Assembly (NCBI GenBank): GCA_047974565.1
Contig: JBKECN010000055.1
Span: 19,839 to 83,838, forward strand
DNA: 64,000 bases
From: Actinomycetales bacterium
GTDB taxonomy: Bacteria; Actinomycetota; Actinomycetes; Actinomycetales; CAWJMD01
Direction of reading: 5' to 3'
This document shows positions 62,803 through 64,000 of this stretch, piece by piece. The notes under the pieces are model-generated. The model saw nothing but the letters and a program-made list of their open reading frames with translations, searched no databases and was not told the DNA's origin. A program made the position numbers and the translations under genes. The first letter of the stretch is position 1, and each line of letters starts with the position of its first letter.

Positions 62803-63102
62803 CGTCTGTGGTCACCCAGGTCGAGGGATCGGCCGGCACGAGGTGGCCGACACAAACCAGGCTGTGGATGCAGGAGGTGGAGCTGAGCTCCAGTGATGGG
62901 CTGTGGGGCCGGGTTTGTTTGTGTTGCGCGTGGTCGTGGCCGGCGTGGGCGGTGCCGGTTTCGCGCGAGTCCGGTGGCGGCTGGTGCCGGTTCGCGTCGG
63001 TCGTGCGGCGAGGCGGGTCCGTCGGGTGGCTCGTACCGTCGTGGTCCGGGAGCGAGGGCGCGTGCGGGATGGCCAGTTGGGCGCCCTAGTAGGGTCTGGG
63101 CC

Positions 63103-64000
63103 GTGAGCGTGCACACCCCCGACGGCAAGCCCGTCGTCCTCATCAGCGAGAAGCTCTCCCCGGCGACGGTCGACGCCCTCGGTGGGGACGTGCAGGTCCG
63201 TCACGTCGACGGCACCGACCGGGCTGCGCTGCTGGCCGAGATCGCCGATGCCTCAGCTCTGCTGGTGCGTTCGGCCACCCAGGTCGACGCCGAGTTGCTG
63301 GCCGCCGCCCCGAAGTTGCAGGTGGTGGCCCGGGCCGGGGTCGGCCTCGACAACGTCGACGTGCCGGCGGCCACCACCGCCGGCGTCATGGTCGTCAACG
63401 CCCCCACCTCGAACATCCGGTCCGCCGCAGAGCACGCGTGTGCGCTCATCCTGGCCGCCGCCCGTCGTGTCGCCCCCGCCAGCCAGACGCTCAAGGCCGG
63501 CACCTGGGAACGGAACCGGTTCACCGGAACAGAACTGGCCGGCAAGACCCTTGGCGTGGTCGGCCTCGGCCGGATCGGGGTGCTCGTCGCGCAGCGGATG
63601 GCGGCCTTCGACATGACGGTGATGGCCTACGACCCGTACGTATCCGCCTCGCGCGCCGCGCAACTCGGGGTCCACCTGACCGGGCTCGACGAGCTGATGG
63701 CCGCCAGCGACGTGGTCACCGTGCACCTGCCCAAGACCCCCGAGACCCTGGGGCTCATCGACGAGCGGCTGCTCGCCGCCGCGAAGCCGGGGCTCGTCCT
63801 GGTCAACGCCTCCCGCGGTGGCATCGTGGACGAGGACGCCCTTGCCGGCGCGCTGACAGAAGGCCGGGTGTCCGCGGCCGGACTCGACGTCTTCGCGGCC
63901 GAACCCTGCACCGAGTCACCGCTTTTCGGCTTCGACCAGGTCGTCGTCACCCCGCACCTGGGCGCCTCGACCCACGAGGCCCAGGAACAGGCCGGCATCG
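63103..64000 (+). CDS. serA: D-3-phosphoglycerate dehydrogenase, 5' part (runs off the window)
   Basis: My own translation from the GTG at 63103 gives VSVHTPDGKPVVLISEKLSPATVDAL...GKTLGVVGLGRIGVLVAQR...VVTPHLGASTHEAQ. It is not in the track because no stop is reached before the window ends. Confidence 0.85.
   Translation, partial: MSVHTPDGKPVVLISEKLSPATVDALGGDVQVRHVDGTDRAALLAEIADASALLVRSATQVDAELLAAAPKLQVVARAGVGLDNVDVPAATTAGVMVVNAPTSNIRSAAEHACALILAAARRVAPASQTLKAGTWERNRFTGTELAGKTLGVVGLGRIGVLVAQRMAAFDMTVMAYDPYVSASRAAQLGVHLTGLDELMAASDVVTVHLPKTPETLGLIDERLLAAAKPGLVLVNASRGGIVDEDALAGALTEGRVSAAGLDVFAAEPCTESPLFGFDQVVVTPHLGASTHEAQEQAGI

Overview
Very GC-rich actinobacterial chromosomal segment; third codon positions are almost always G/C, and most long antisense ORFs in the six-frame track are artefacts of this. 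No rRNA, tRNA, CRISPR array, transposase or phage genes were seen.

Gene order, left to right:
- 33-11596: GlgE-pathway / glycogen cluster (glgB, maltokinase, glgE, glgP, glgX).
- 12333-16062: glycine-betaine-type ABC importer.
- 16485-23629: an accessory-looking block, described below.
- 24197-33644: LacI regulator, etfBA, and an MttB-family methyltransferase / dimethylglycine-dehydrogenase-like / FAD-oxidase operon (betaine demethylation theme).
- 33839-44045: housekeeping genes (cysteine desulfurase, mnmA, MetE-like, NmrA-like, ligA, gatCAB).
- 44281-46542: GGDEF-EAL membrane protein.
- 46645-50506: PadR-controlled extradiol-dioxygenase / aldolase / 2-hydroxyacid dehydrogenase / tautomerase cluster.
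- 50697-58597: secreted unknown protein, MDMPI-family protein, PEBP, glutamate decarboxylase, Clp/Hsp100 ATPase.
- 58728-64000: ilvBNC with a leader-peptide attenuator, then the start of serA.

Most interesting signal: a 34-codon ORF at 18155-18259 that is below the track threshold. It has a strong Shine-Dalgarno and encodes MKKISVRKVGEVRLTARACYCYCCCCCAGSVLAP (7 Cys in 9 residues).
- It is followed by a perfect 12-bp GC hairpin.
- Next comes a gene whose product fuses a PqqD/RRE-like peptide-binding domain to a multi-pass HExxH (M50/YydH-like) membrane metalloprotease.
- A large TPR protein follows that.
- The block is flanked by an SDR, a flavin reductase and a convergent thiol-dioxygenase-like / amidohydrolase pair.

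I read this as a candidate, apparently undescribed RiPP-like or metallophore-like poly-cysteine peptide system. A cysteine-sensing leader peptide is the main alternative.

Several operator-like repeats and attenuator/terminator structures are also reported.
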